Shown piece after piece: positions 40,090 to 52,200 of a DNA stretch of 64,000 nt (position 1 is the first letter of the stretch; each line of letters opens with the position of its first letter). The notes below the pieces were generated by a model. The model ran no database searches. It was not told where the DNA came from and saw only the letters and a program-made list of their open reading frames with translations. Source of the stretch: Eledone cirrhosa (taxonomy: Eukaryota). The DNA is taken from positions 115,568,001 through 115,632,000 of the forward strand of contig OZ024742.1 in the NCBI GenBank assembly GCA_964016885.1, given 5' to 3'. Made by a program: the position numbers and the translations under genes.

Positions 40090-41571
40090 TTATATATATA
40101 TATATATTTGAAAAAAGGAAAAGACTGACTTCACTTGTAATATTTAAATATTTTTGATTTAATTTTATAATATTATAATATTATGAATTGGTAGAACTGG
40201 ATCTACCAGCTCATAAAATCAAAAATTGTTTAACACTACAAGTGAAGTCATTATTTTCCTTTTTTTCAAATATACCTAACTGTACCAAGTATCTCACACA
40301 TTGTCCAATATAATATATATATGTGTGTGTGTGTGTGTGTCTGTGGGTGTGTATGTGGGTGTGTATGTGTATGTGTGTGAGTGGGTGCATATGTGTGTGG
40401 AGGTGGGAAAGGGAGTGGTCAGCATACTTCCATATGTAATCTGTTCAGACCATTACATTAATTTCATGAAATGTTAAAGTCTGATCATACGACAAGTTTC
40501 CCAGATGCTATGCAACTTATATATAATTCTCTAATATATTTCATGAATCGAAATGATGCATAACTAAGTACTGATTTTACTGTTAGATTTAATCACACGC
40601 TAGTTGAAAATTGCGCAATTGAAAAGTATGGTTTGGTGCTATTTTCACGAAATCAGATATCTATATACAAATGCTCCGTACATCCTTTTTCTACAAAATC
40701 TAATCCAAATGTAAGCCTGATTCAGAAATGGTGAACCAAAGAGACACGACTTGAGTAAATTGAAGAGAAAGAGGGGAGAGATGAGAGACATAGATAGAGA
40801 GAGGGGGGGGGAGAGACAAAAGGAGAGCAATAATCTGAACAAAGTTAAATTCTCTGAATGAAAAAGGACTTCTACCCATCGAGGATGTATGTCATTATCA
40901 AGACGAAACGGATTCATAATGAGGCTAGAAATAGTACACATAATATGCGTCTGTCAACTCAACAAATAAATGGAAGTGGATTTAACACAGAAGGTTATTT
41001 GACTTTAATGCACTGAGCATCTCAATGAAAGGACAGCTAAAATATATATCCATATTTGAGAAGCATATACATATAGAACCATGTATGTAAGATTGTCGAC
41101 TGGTAGAGTATTAGTAAAGCAAAATGATTCAAGAAAGATTCTTTAAAAATGCGGTACATATATATATCAATATGTGTGTGTGAGTGTACATGTATGTCTG
41201 TGTGTGTGCGTGCGCGCATAAATAAGAATACACAACTCATGCTTTGTTTACAAACGGCTAGCAAATTTGAAAATTTGGTAGTAACATGTGCTTACGCCGT
41301 ATTTGACTACATAGAATTAGTCTGTTATTTGGGATTAAAAAAGAAAAAATTCTGAATAGAAAAAATGGATGAGTATTGACGTACATGGGACACGATCCAC
41401 CCATTTCTCATTTTCCCGGACCAATGTGAATCCATTGTGTTCGTGTCCCATGTACCTCAATACTTATCTTTTTTTTGCAATTCAGTGTGCTTTTTATATC
41501 CAACTAACAGAATAATTCTATATAGTCAAATACGGCGTAAGCACGTTACTAACTACTATATATATATATGC

Positions 41572-41641
<70 letters not shown>

Positions 41642-41707
41642 AGTGAAAATTTAAGTAAGTAAGTTAATTTTTTTTTTAAAATGTTTTAAAGAGATTTTAA
41701 TTTACGT

Positions 41708-41754
<47 letters not shown>

Positions 41755-41759
<5 letters not shown>

Positions 41760-42410
41760 GAAGAGAGAAGAAACATTTAGATATAATTAGTAATAAAATG
41801 TATCATACCTAAACTGCTCCTAGATTCCTCGACTACGTAGTTTCGTGGCATAAACAAAAACAATACATCATAAAGATATAGAGTTTTTGCGAGGTCTGCC
41901 GACTTATCAAGAGGATACCTCGTTTTACTAGCTTCAAGAACGCGTCTATATGATGTGAGAAAGAATCCCAAAAGGCGGAGGGGGAGATAGTCACGTGATA
42001 CAGCGGTCAAGAAACAGAGCTAAGCCTCTTATAACCCCGAAGAAAATACCACGGAGGCGGAGGGAGTATTTATATCGAAGCCGTAGAAGAGGTGGTGAAG
42101 GAGAGGAGAGAAGCATGAGTAATGGCAGCCTTCCAGCAGTCACCACACTTCAAAGATTACTCGACCAGAGGGAGTTATGAACAATATATTTAGAAATACA
42201 CTGATACATGCGGACACACACATATACATGAATGCATCCACATCCAACCGTGAGTTAATGGTGCCAACCTTACCGATGTTGCTCTATGAATGACTGGGAC
42301 AGACCAATCCGGTTGAATTAGACTGAACCAGTATCAGAGCTAAAAGTACATTATGAAGAGAGAAGAAACATTTAGATATAATTAGTAATAAAATGTATCA
42401 TACCTAAACT
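41755..42410 (-). mobile_element. Third copy of the HHR-bearing non-coding repeat: one monomer plus a 60-bp terminal redundancy
   Basis: Homologous to 16282-16868. 41755-41815 is repeated at 42350-42410. Flanked by (TA)n on both sides. Confidence 0.85.
41826..41915 (-). ncRNA. Type I hammerhead ribozyme with U3-A8 core
   Basis: TCCTC-TTGATAA-GT(C)GGC...GCCAC-GAAA-CTACGTAG-TC-GAGGA. Confidence 0.75.
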
Positions 42411-42415
42411 TATAT

Positions 42416-42506
<91 letters not shown>

Positions 42507-43650
42507 CGCGTATGTATTATATATGTGTATGTGTGTGTGAATATATATATAAATGTGTTGATGTAAGCATGGCACAGGTATATAAAATCACGCCCAAATA
42601 GTAGCCTTAATAGTGACTATTTAAATTTGGAATAGTTGAGGGCTTCAAATGGAGTAAGCGGATAGTCAATGTTTAACCTGAGTTAGACGTACTACAATAT
42701 TGTATCTGAAGAAATATGTTGGGTTCTTTATAGAGTAGTTGAATGTGGAATAATTGTTGTTTAATTTGAGGAAAATCACACAAATCGAAGGTGGTTAAGA
42801 ATAGTTGCTCGTGGTATGAGAGAATCAGTGGCGGATGAGATGCTATCCCGTTATATATGTTATTTTCCTCTGTATTGAAATGGGGTTTGTAATGTGGTGA
42901 AAAATTTGGAAGAAACTGCCTCTGACGTTGTTTTATGATACTTTAGAACGTTCCAAAATTTTAAAAAGCGTTGGCATAATGTCCGGTCTTTTAAAGTATT
43001 TTCCATTTCATATAAAATCTACGTTACTGTTTTTCAATTTTCAAATCCAATTACATATTACTTTGCATGTTTTCATATACTTTATTTAATTATAATAATA
43101 TATGGCATTTTAGTAGTGCTATTGAACTGATTGTAATAAATCTACGCATACATGGACATATATAAATGTAGAACTTTGCATGTATCATTATTTATAGAAA
43201 CGCTTGTATGTATTTTTTTGGCAATCCCAATGATATATCTCTCTGTTGTGGTTTCCGTTTACTTGCATCTCTGGTATATTTATTTTATCGAAATCACGTT
43301 TATTTTCCTTCCTTTCTTCATAAATTGAATAATATAATTGATTGCAAGCAATTTTCTCTAAATTTGTACTAAATCCCCCGTTATTTTAATGGAATGAAAC
43401 TTTCAAATGTCTACAACAAAATAAATTCAATTTCTGAATTATTTAAACCATTTGTGTCTATTTTTTTTATATATAATATTTGATTCCGCATCATTTGTTC
43501 TTAGTTTTTGGAAATATTTTCTGCCTACTAATAATTATTTCCCTTATTCTACTCTGAATAGGTAGTTTCACTTTGCAAATTTCATTTCACCAGTAGGCAA
43601 AATAGATAATAATAATTGTTAATAAAAAAAAAAAAATAATAATGTTAATG

Positions 43651-46600
43651 CTTTTTTTATTAGCCACAAGGGTTTACACAAAGTAGACATTAAGGACAAT
43701 ACAGGACAATACAGGAGTGTACAAATGGGCATTTCAGCGTGTAAAAAAACAAAAATCAGAGGATGTAACAAAAAAGAACAATGAAACAGTCTCTATTAGG
43801 GGGGGGGGGGTTAAGAGGGCCATCATGGAGAAAGCCCATTAAAAAAAGCCACGATGACCCTGACCACCAGGGCAAGTGCCCTCTCCCAGTTTTTCACCTT
43901 CAATTTACAGACATATACTCAGAGTAGGTCCATTCTTGCCTCTCTCACCCATCTTTCAACAAAATGCTGGGAAGAGGGCACTTCCCTCTCTACCCTGATT
44001 TTCCTTGTCAAATGAAACTTGAAAAAGTTAATCAGGGCATCACCGAAGAGTTAAGTGCTCGTCTTCAGCCCTTTCAGACGCGTCCACCATACTAACTCTT
44101 TCGCCATGGCCACTACACAGATAAAAACTGGCTGCACTTCCCGGCTAAACGAGGAGGGCGGAGCAATCCTCACGATTGACTCAGCTGGGATTTCTGGAAA
44201 TTGTCCATAGGCCCCGGTCCGAAAGATCTTCCGAAGAGATTCGCTAGTAGATTTTCGTCGACGCCTAGGGTTTCCCCAAGTACGTTTTCACTCTTCCCCT
44301 CCACTAATCATCTATAGAATGCCAAGTGGAGTTTCCACTGATCACATTGCCCGACTAGTCAAGGGACGTGAGCGCCTGAAAACATTCCAGTCTCCAAGAG
44401 CTCCATCTTGGTCTTCGCTTGACCCAGGACTGCAGTTCGTCAAGGAGACGAGCTGTGGAAAGACGCGTCTAGCAATCGACGACCACACCTGATCACCTTC
44501 GAGGAAGAGGTGGAGATGTCGTAGCCCTGCTCGTCACCTCGTCCCAGTTTTAGTCCGCCTGGAGGTCCGGACCTAACCAGACCCCAAGCAATTTAATCGG
44601 TCCGTCCGTCCAGCGCCCGATGATGCTGTTGGACGGCATGTACCTGCCTCTCCAGGTGCCGAGCTTCAGGCCCACCGTCTTTTCCTGGTTGATTATTGCT
44701 CCTGCCACCACTTCGTATTCTTTTAATGTAGTCTCGATATGTTTGGCGTTCGACACAACTACGTTGACATCGTCCGCCTTCGCTGACACGGATCTTCCGC
44801 ATCCTAGTTCGTGCGGAACCCCCCTCAATGTCTCCAGTTTGTGCAGTAATGGCTTAGAAACAATACGTACAAGAAGTACGAGAGGGGACATCCTTGGCGG
44901 ACCGAGCGCATGATGTTGAACGGTTCCGAAAGGTGACCGGTCACTCTCACCAGAAAGCAAATGTCGCTATGCATGGCAGCGGTACAGCCTATGAAAGACG
45001 GGCCCAAAGCCAGCCGCCCTCAGGACTGCCGCCAGATAACGATGGTCGACCCTATATAGAACTTTTGACTGATCTAAATTGATCCAGACCCCCCCCCCCC
45101 CCATCCCCCGTGACAGATACCCTGCAACCCCTCCACGATGTATCGCATGAGGTGGAGGTTGTCGTGGCTGGATATGTCTGAAAACGCGCTTGTCTGCGCC
45201 TTTCCCTCCAGACCACCAACGACAAACGCCAACCTCTTTGCGAGCACCTTGTCCAAAATATTGACCTCTGTGTTTGGCAGAGCTACGGGCTGAAATTATA
45301 TATTTTATCCTCCTTGTTCGGATCCTTTCTCAGCAAGGAGAACCGCTCCTCAGCTCACAGAGCTGGGAATTCTCCCGTTCTGTTGCCAGTTGCCGTAGAC
45401 GTCCGCCAAGAGGCCTCCGAACAAGTATGGCATCTGTACGTAAAGTTCATAATGCACACCATCCAAACCAGGCGATTTACCCCTTGTGCAGCCAGTCATT
45501 GCCTCCCGTACTTCACCGGCTGTTATCGGCTTTTCGCAACACTCCGTCTCAGTGGTCGATAGCCGCATCATTCCGTCGAGGTAGGTACTAAAGGCTATCC
45601 CTCGATCCGGCCGGCTGCTGCTCCGAAACAGCTGAGGAATGTCGCTGACGAAGCTTCACACATTTGCCCGGGATCGTGTAGCATGCGACCGTTGTGGGCC
45701 ACCAAAGACCGGATCGTGGCTTTGTTGCCACGACGCGCCTTCGCCACTCAGTATCATTGAACTGTTTGCGTCTCCTCGTGTCTGAGAGCACGCACCCTAG
45801 CACTGACAACGTAGCCTTCGTGCTTTGCATTGACGTTTTGGTCAAGGGCAAATCTCGCGCAAGTACGCCGGTCGCGATGCCTTTATTAAGCGCCTCGTCT
45901 AATTTTCTAACTGGTACTCCCTCTGGTCTGTTTTTCTCTATTGCTATAGCCTCACTAAACTAATGGGCTCTATTCTAATCGCTCTTTTCAGAGCAAACCA
46001 CCATTTGTTGTTGACGATGGCCCCCGTCAACGCCCGCTTAACTAGTTCGCTAATCCGTCTCTGGAGGCCTTGCGCGATATTAATGACACGTTTAGCTTCC
46101 ATTAGCCGGGTCCCTGTCTATGAAGTCTATCTAAGTCAACCTCACAGATCATGAATTTGTGGTCCGTGTAGTGGACTATTTTGAAATGTGCTCAGACTAA
46201 GCTAGACCTATCTATTTCCCTACAAAATACGCTATCTAGATTTGATATGGATGATCCGATGCGGTTTCTATGTTCACATTGGCACATTCAGGAAATCCAG
46301 ACGATACCTGTCAGACAGTTGAAACCGTCTGAGCAGGTTTGCGAGACTTTTAAACACTCCTCCCCTATCCGCTAATCCCACACAGTCCCAGCGTGCATCT
46401 AAGATCCCGTTACTGTCGCCCACTACCACTAAAGAGCGGGACGTTCCAAGAAAGGTCTCCAGACGCCGGAAGAAATCTGGCCGCCCTGCTCCTGTCGGGG
46501 CATAGACGGCCACTAGCCTGAAAGCTTGCCCGCCTCCGCTGCTCACTTCCAGCACCACCAACTTACCTCCTGGTTCCAGGAAGATGGCCCGTATGGCGAG

Positions 46601-49040
46601 ATCCAAACCTTTCCGATAAAATAACACCACCCCCCGATCCAGGACGACTGGGAGATGCGTACACATCGTAGATGCCGAAGATCGGTGCGAGGCTCGTGCT
46701 TCGGAGATTCTGGTCTCACTGATGGCCACTACATTTATGTTTAGTGACCTGAGGTCGTTGAGCAGGTGGCCCTGCTTCCATGACGATCCCAGCCAAGCGC
46801 ATTTATGCTGCCTATTCTGAGTTAGGTCATGTTGAAAAGGAATGGAAAAAGATGGGAAAGATCACTTACCTCACTTCTCGTAGAGGAAGGATGTTTTTTT
46901 CCTTCCTCCTCACTGCTTGCGGCCTCCTCCGGAAGGATGTACTTATAAATCCTCCTGGAGAGTGTTTGTCGGAAATATCAGATGTCTTTGGGGAATTTTT
47001 GTTTTAGTGCCGTGTACGTTTTCTGTGTGATGCGAGTGATTTGTATGTGTGGAAGTGGTGTGAATGTTTGGGGTGTTGTGTAGTCTGTTTCTGTGATGCT
47101 GGTATTGTGTTGGATGTAGTGTAATAATAGTTGTTCAAATTTAATGCTGTGTAGTGTGTATCGTTTTGGTTGTTTTGTTTTGTTTACGTTTGTTGTGGGT
47201 TTGGTGATTTTTCTGGTGTTGGTGATGGTCGTTGTGGGGCTAATGATGGTGATGGTGATGGTGTTTGCGGTGACGGGGATGGGGGATGCTGGTGTGGGTG
47301 GTGGCATAGATGTCTTAACTTTTTTGCTTGTTTGCTTATTTGTTTCCCCATGCATTTTGTTTTTGGAGGCCAAAGGAAGATAATTTTTTATTTTTTCCTG
47401 ACACCGTTACCCACTCCTCCTCATCGTCACAATCTGTCTCTTGTTGGGATAGCTAGATAGATCGGGGATTGGAAAATCCTCCGCAGGCGTTGGGTTTGGT
47501 TGTTGCGTGGTGGATGGTGGAGGCGATGGTGCTAATTCTGAGGCGGTGGTTGGCGATGCTGGTGGTTTCGCTACAGTTGCTGGGATTATTGCCGCTACCG
47601 TTGCTTCTATTGTTGCTGATACATTTGTTGCCGCCATTACTGCTGCTGGTGGTGTGATGGTGGAGTCACTGGGGTGGGTAGCAGAGGTAACCTCAACTTG
47701 TTAGCCTGAGGGCAGAAAGCTTTTAGGTGGATTCCTTCGCCACAAACGACACACCTAGGGCTACTACCCTCAATGATTACGGTGAGGTGGTTTCCGTCAT
47801 TGAGGTCCTTGACCTCTGGAATTTCCTCAATGTTTTTTTGGTCCGCTTGTATCAGGAGCTCCATCCCAGATCCGGACCAATTCTCCTGCTTTGCTTTTGC
47901 TACCTCAATTATTTTCGTGTTGGCTTCGATGCCGGCGAGGACAGCAGCCATTAGCCAGGGAATTTGATGGCCGGCGGAACGTGGGTAACCCAGACCTTCA
48001 CGATTCTCTGACCACAATAGCTTGAGACGAGTGTGAACTCGTCACAGCTTAATGGGGCCATGGAGTGTTCTCTGTCTTCAGGTGGCGTTCCAAGAAAACG
48101 TCCACGGTTCCATATTTCTGCCCACGTCTGGTGCGTTTTTTTTTTTGGCCCACACATGTCCCAAAGCTTTTCATATCTGGGACTCGGATGCCCGTTCCAC
48201 TCGGCGTGATGTTGTGTTTATCGTCTGATATAATACGGTGCATAGGCGCGGATATTTCATTATATTAGATAGGGGTGTTAGGCTGACCCTGTACCCATTT
48301 TTTTTTACCATTCTCTTGGCCATATTTAATTCATCCTGGCTTACCTCGATTGTCTCGCTTTTCTTGGCTGCTTTGGCAAATCACACATTTTGTCTTGCAC
48401 TGGTGTTGATGTTGTTGTTGTTATTCTCATTGTTGTTGTTGTTGCTGTTGTTATTGTTATTTTTGTTATTGTTATATTAGTTTCAGTTGTGGTGGAGGTG
48501 GTGGTGGTGTCAGTGGTGTTCGGCGTGGAAGATTCGGTTCTGGGTGAATCCATTTCGATGTCACGAGTTAATAATTTCTTTTGTTTCTGTTGTCGCTGTG
48601 GTGATGGTGGTGGTGGTGGTATCAGTGGTGTTGGTTGTTGTTTTTGACACTGTGGTGGTGGGGGTGGCGTTTTCACACCTGCAGTTATTGGTAATGGTGG
48701 GAAATCCATGTCCGTATGCGGCAAATTTAAATAATTGAGACTGCTATTAATTATATTTTCAGTGTTGGCAACCGTGGTGGTAGTTGGTGATGTCTGTCTG
48801 TTAAAAACAGGAGATTTGTTGTCCATGTTCGTTTTGCAAAGAAATATTTTGTTTGTTAAATAAAAGTTTAAATTGTGGGCTCAAGGCCCTAATATTATTT
48901 AGTGTCCATTTCAGAAAGGAATATATGTGAACTTATAAACACATAACAACAAAAAGTTTCCATAAGTGGCAATTTGAAACAACTGAAAATAACAAACCTT
49001 TGCGGAGCTCACGATAATACGATTTCCTACGTAGGTCGCC
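43651..49040 (-). mobile_element. Apparently full-length but decayed L1/Tx1-clade LINE (ORF1 + ORF2 remnants)
   Basis: ORF1 runs from 48826 with zinc knuckle CVVCGEGIHLKAFC. APE motifs AISETR and AVYAP; RT motifs KSPGLDG, VRQGCPLS and ADD. Frameshifts and deletions. Flanked by AAT repeats. Homologous to 55419-58799. Confidence 0.9.
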
Positions 49041-49053
49041 AATAATAATAATA

Positions 49054-49159
49054 ATTGTTTCTGCTTTTGGCACAAGGCCAGCATTTAACCAGTTCATTAC
49101 TGGTACTTTATTTTATCGACCTGGTAAAGATGAAAGGCAAAGTTAACCTCGACGGGATT

Positions 49160-49162
<3 letters not shown>
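49054..49162 (-). mobile_element. 5'-truncated SINE within (AAT)n
   Basis: Reverse complement of the SINE 3' half, ending in the B-box. Confidence 0.9.
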
Positions 49163-49217
<55 letters not shown>

Positions 49218-49222
<5 letters not shown>

Positions 49223-52200
49223 GGAAGAAGAAGAACAACCCCCCCCCCTCCTCTCCTCTGGCTACACTATATAGGACAGCTAAACTCACCAACACCAGAA
49301 ACTAGATACACCACCCACCCCATCATCTGTGTACACTAAACACAACAGCATGTTCACCTTCACCGCCACCGCTCACTACGGCCATCATTACCACCACTAT
49401 CCCATCACCGTCGCCACCACCCCTTGACTCCTTCACTGCTGCTGCCACCGCTACAGCACCATCACTACAGTAATACGGCTCAAATATTCAAATATTCAAC
49501 TTTGTATTGTACACTGTATATCCCCAAAAAAATAAAATGGCTATAAATGGAAGAAGAAGAACCCCCCCCCCTCTCCTCTGGCTACACTATATAGGACAGC
49601 GAAACTCACCAACACCAGAAACTAGATACACCACCCACCCCATCATCTGTGTACACTAAACACAACAGCATTTTCACCTTCACCGCCACCGCTCACTACG
49701 GCCATCATTACCACCACTATCCCATCACCGCCGCCACCACCCCCTCACTCCTTCACTGCTGCTGCCACCGCTACAGCACCATCACTACAGTAATACGGTC
49801 GCATCACCGCCACCACTGCCTCGGTATCGACATCACCACCACCACTGTCTCAGTATCGCCAACGCCGCCAGTCTCTGCTGGCTACCACTTCCACATTATA
49901 GAATTCCTACTACTAACAAAGAGGAAGGCATCAAAATATATAGATAGACTCAAAAGAAAAAAGAAAAAACAAACAACAAAAGCAGCACAGCAACAACAGT
50001 AAAAAACGAGAAAAACAGAGAAAAACAAAAACAAAAAAAGAAACCCCAAAAACGTAAAGAAAATAAGAATGAAGAGAGAAGCAGGCGGACGGACAGAGAA
50101 GAGGGGGGAAAAAGTAAAACTTAAAAAACAAAAACTAAGTCAGACATTCGAATACTACATTACAATGAAACTTATGCTTATTCATTTTTGGGGCCCTTTC
50201 TGCCCGTGTGTTTGTTTGTTTATGTGTGTCCGTATACAGCGTGGTGATAATGCCACACAAGGGCCAAGTGGGATGGCGGATCCACAGATGGCTATGTAAA
50301 CATACATTCGCCAATCCTCGATAAGAGTGTTTAAATATCGAACATAAACAGTTCGAATAACGGTGAAATGGAGACTAGAACGTCATGTGACAGACTCTCA
50401 CCCAACAGCTGCCCCCTGGCTCAGCAGCAGGAGCCTGACTGTCAACCAAATACTGCTGATGTTGGAGGAAGAAGAAGAAGGAAAGGGGCCAGAACCAACT
50501 GGACGAAAGAATTGAATAGAACTGTTATGCAATGCTACCTGAAAAGTAACCCCAAGGAGAGGGGCTACAGGAGACGGATGCATAACATCTGGAACGTGAT
50601 TGGTTTATTTAAATTAGATGAACAAAAATTGGCCGGGCAGGCTCGGGTAATAAGAACTAATAGGTGGATAAGCGAGCTGGAACTGGAGGAACTGAGCAGA
50701 GAGAATGGCTTGGAGATGGCGGGTGTAGTATGCCAGACAAGCGAGCCGGCGGGAAATGAAGGTGAGGAGGTCCTGAGAACGGAGGAACCACCCGAAGCAG
50801 ACAATGATCTGAATACTGAGATAAATAATACCTGGAACAGAGATACGGCCACTGAGGAGATGAATGCTGACGGGCTAGGACAAGATTCGGTTGACATCCT
50901 AAATTTAGTGGTAGATGAGTTGAACAATGATAGTGGGAGACCTATGAACCTAAGATTTGTAGACAGGAAAAAGTTAAAAGAAACAACAGCTAAGGTAAAC
51001 AAAGTCATCCCATACCTTGAGGCGAGGAGTTTTCACCAGTGCAACAATATCCTCAAAGCAACAGCAAATACGGTGAGGAAACTACTTGGTATAAAAGCGA
51101 GAGGAAACAACAGACAAGAAAGAGCAGAGCCGTGGTGGAAGAAGCGACTGAGTGGGCAAATCGGGGAAATGAGAAATGACATAGGAAAGCTTGAGTCACT
51201 ACTGAATGGGACACTAAAAAACATAGGCACTAAAAATAGACTGGAAATAAAATACAAAACTAGGAGTAAAAGGCTAAATATTATCATAGAGGAATTGAAG
51301 CAACGCATTGTAGCAAAGAGTGCCAAAATCAGGCGATACGAGAACAGAGTCAGTCAGTATAAGCAGAACCGCATGTTCGACAACAACCAGAAGATGCTGT
51401 TTGGACAGCTTGAGGGGAACGAAAGAGGCAACGACTTGATCCCTGGGGCGGAACAAGCTAAAACATTCTGGAGAGGAATATGGGAGCAGGATGTTAGACA
51501 CAATGCCCAGGCAGGGTGGATTGAGACAGTACAGAGGGAGATCGGTGAGCAGGCACAGCAACAGACTGATTTGAGTATCACAGTTGAAACTCTTAAGGGG
51601 CAAGCCAAAAAACTAACCAACTGGAAATCACCAGGCCCAGATGGTGTGCAGGGGTATTGGATTAAACATTTAACATCCCTCCACCCGAAGCTGACGGCCA
51701 TGTTCAATGACTGCTTGGTGTCGGGTGAGGTGCCAGAGTGGTTGACAAAAGGTACCACAGTTCTGATAATGAAAGACCGAATCAAGGGTAATGATGTTAC
51801 CAACTATAGACCTATCACATGTCTGCCCGTAATGTGGAAACTGTTGACGAGCATTGTGTCTGAGGAAATCTACCATCACCTCCACACAAACAACTTGTTG
51901 CCGGACGAACAGAAAGGATGCCGAAAGAAGTCACGTGGTACAAAGGACCAGTTGCTTATTGATAAGATGGTAATGGGGAATTGCAGGAGGAGACACACTG
52001 ATCTTGCCATGGGATGGATAAACTACAGAAAGGCATTTGACATGGTGCCTCATTCCTGGATCACCAAAAGCCTGGAGATCTTCAGTGTGGCAGATAACAT
52101 CAGACAGTTGCTGGGCAGGAGTATGGGGTCCTGGGAGACAGAGTTGACATCAACTGGAGTATCCTTGGGAAGCGTGAAGATCAAGAGAGGTATCTTCCAG

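Noticed and set aside
50190-50345. HDV-like ribozyme in the Dong-like 5' UTR
   Set aside because: Expected by analogy with some RLE elements, but I could not build the nested pseudoknot, and the GGCGAATG-like word is on the wrong strand.
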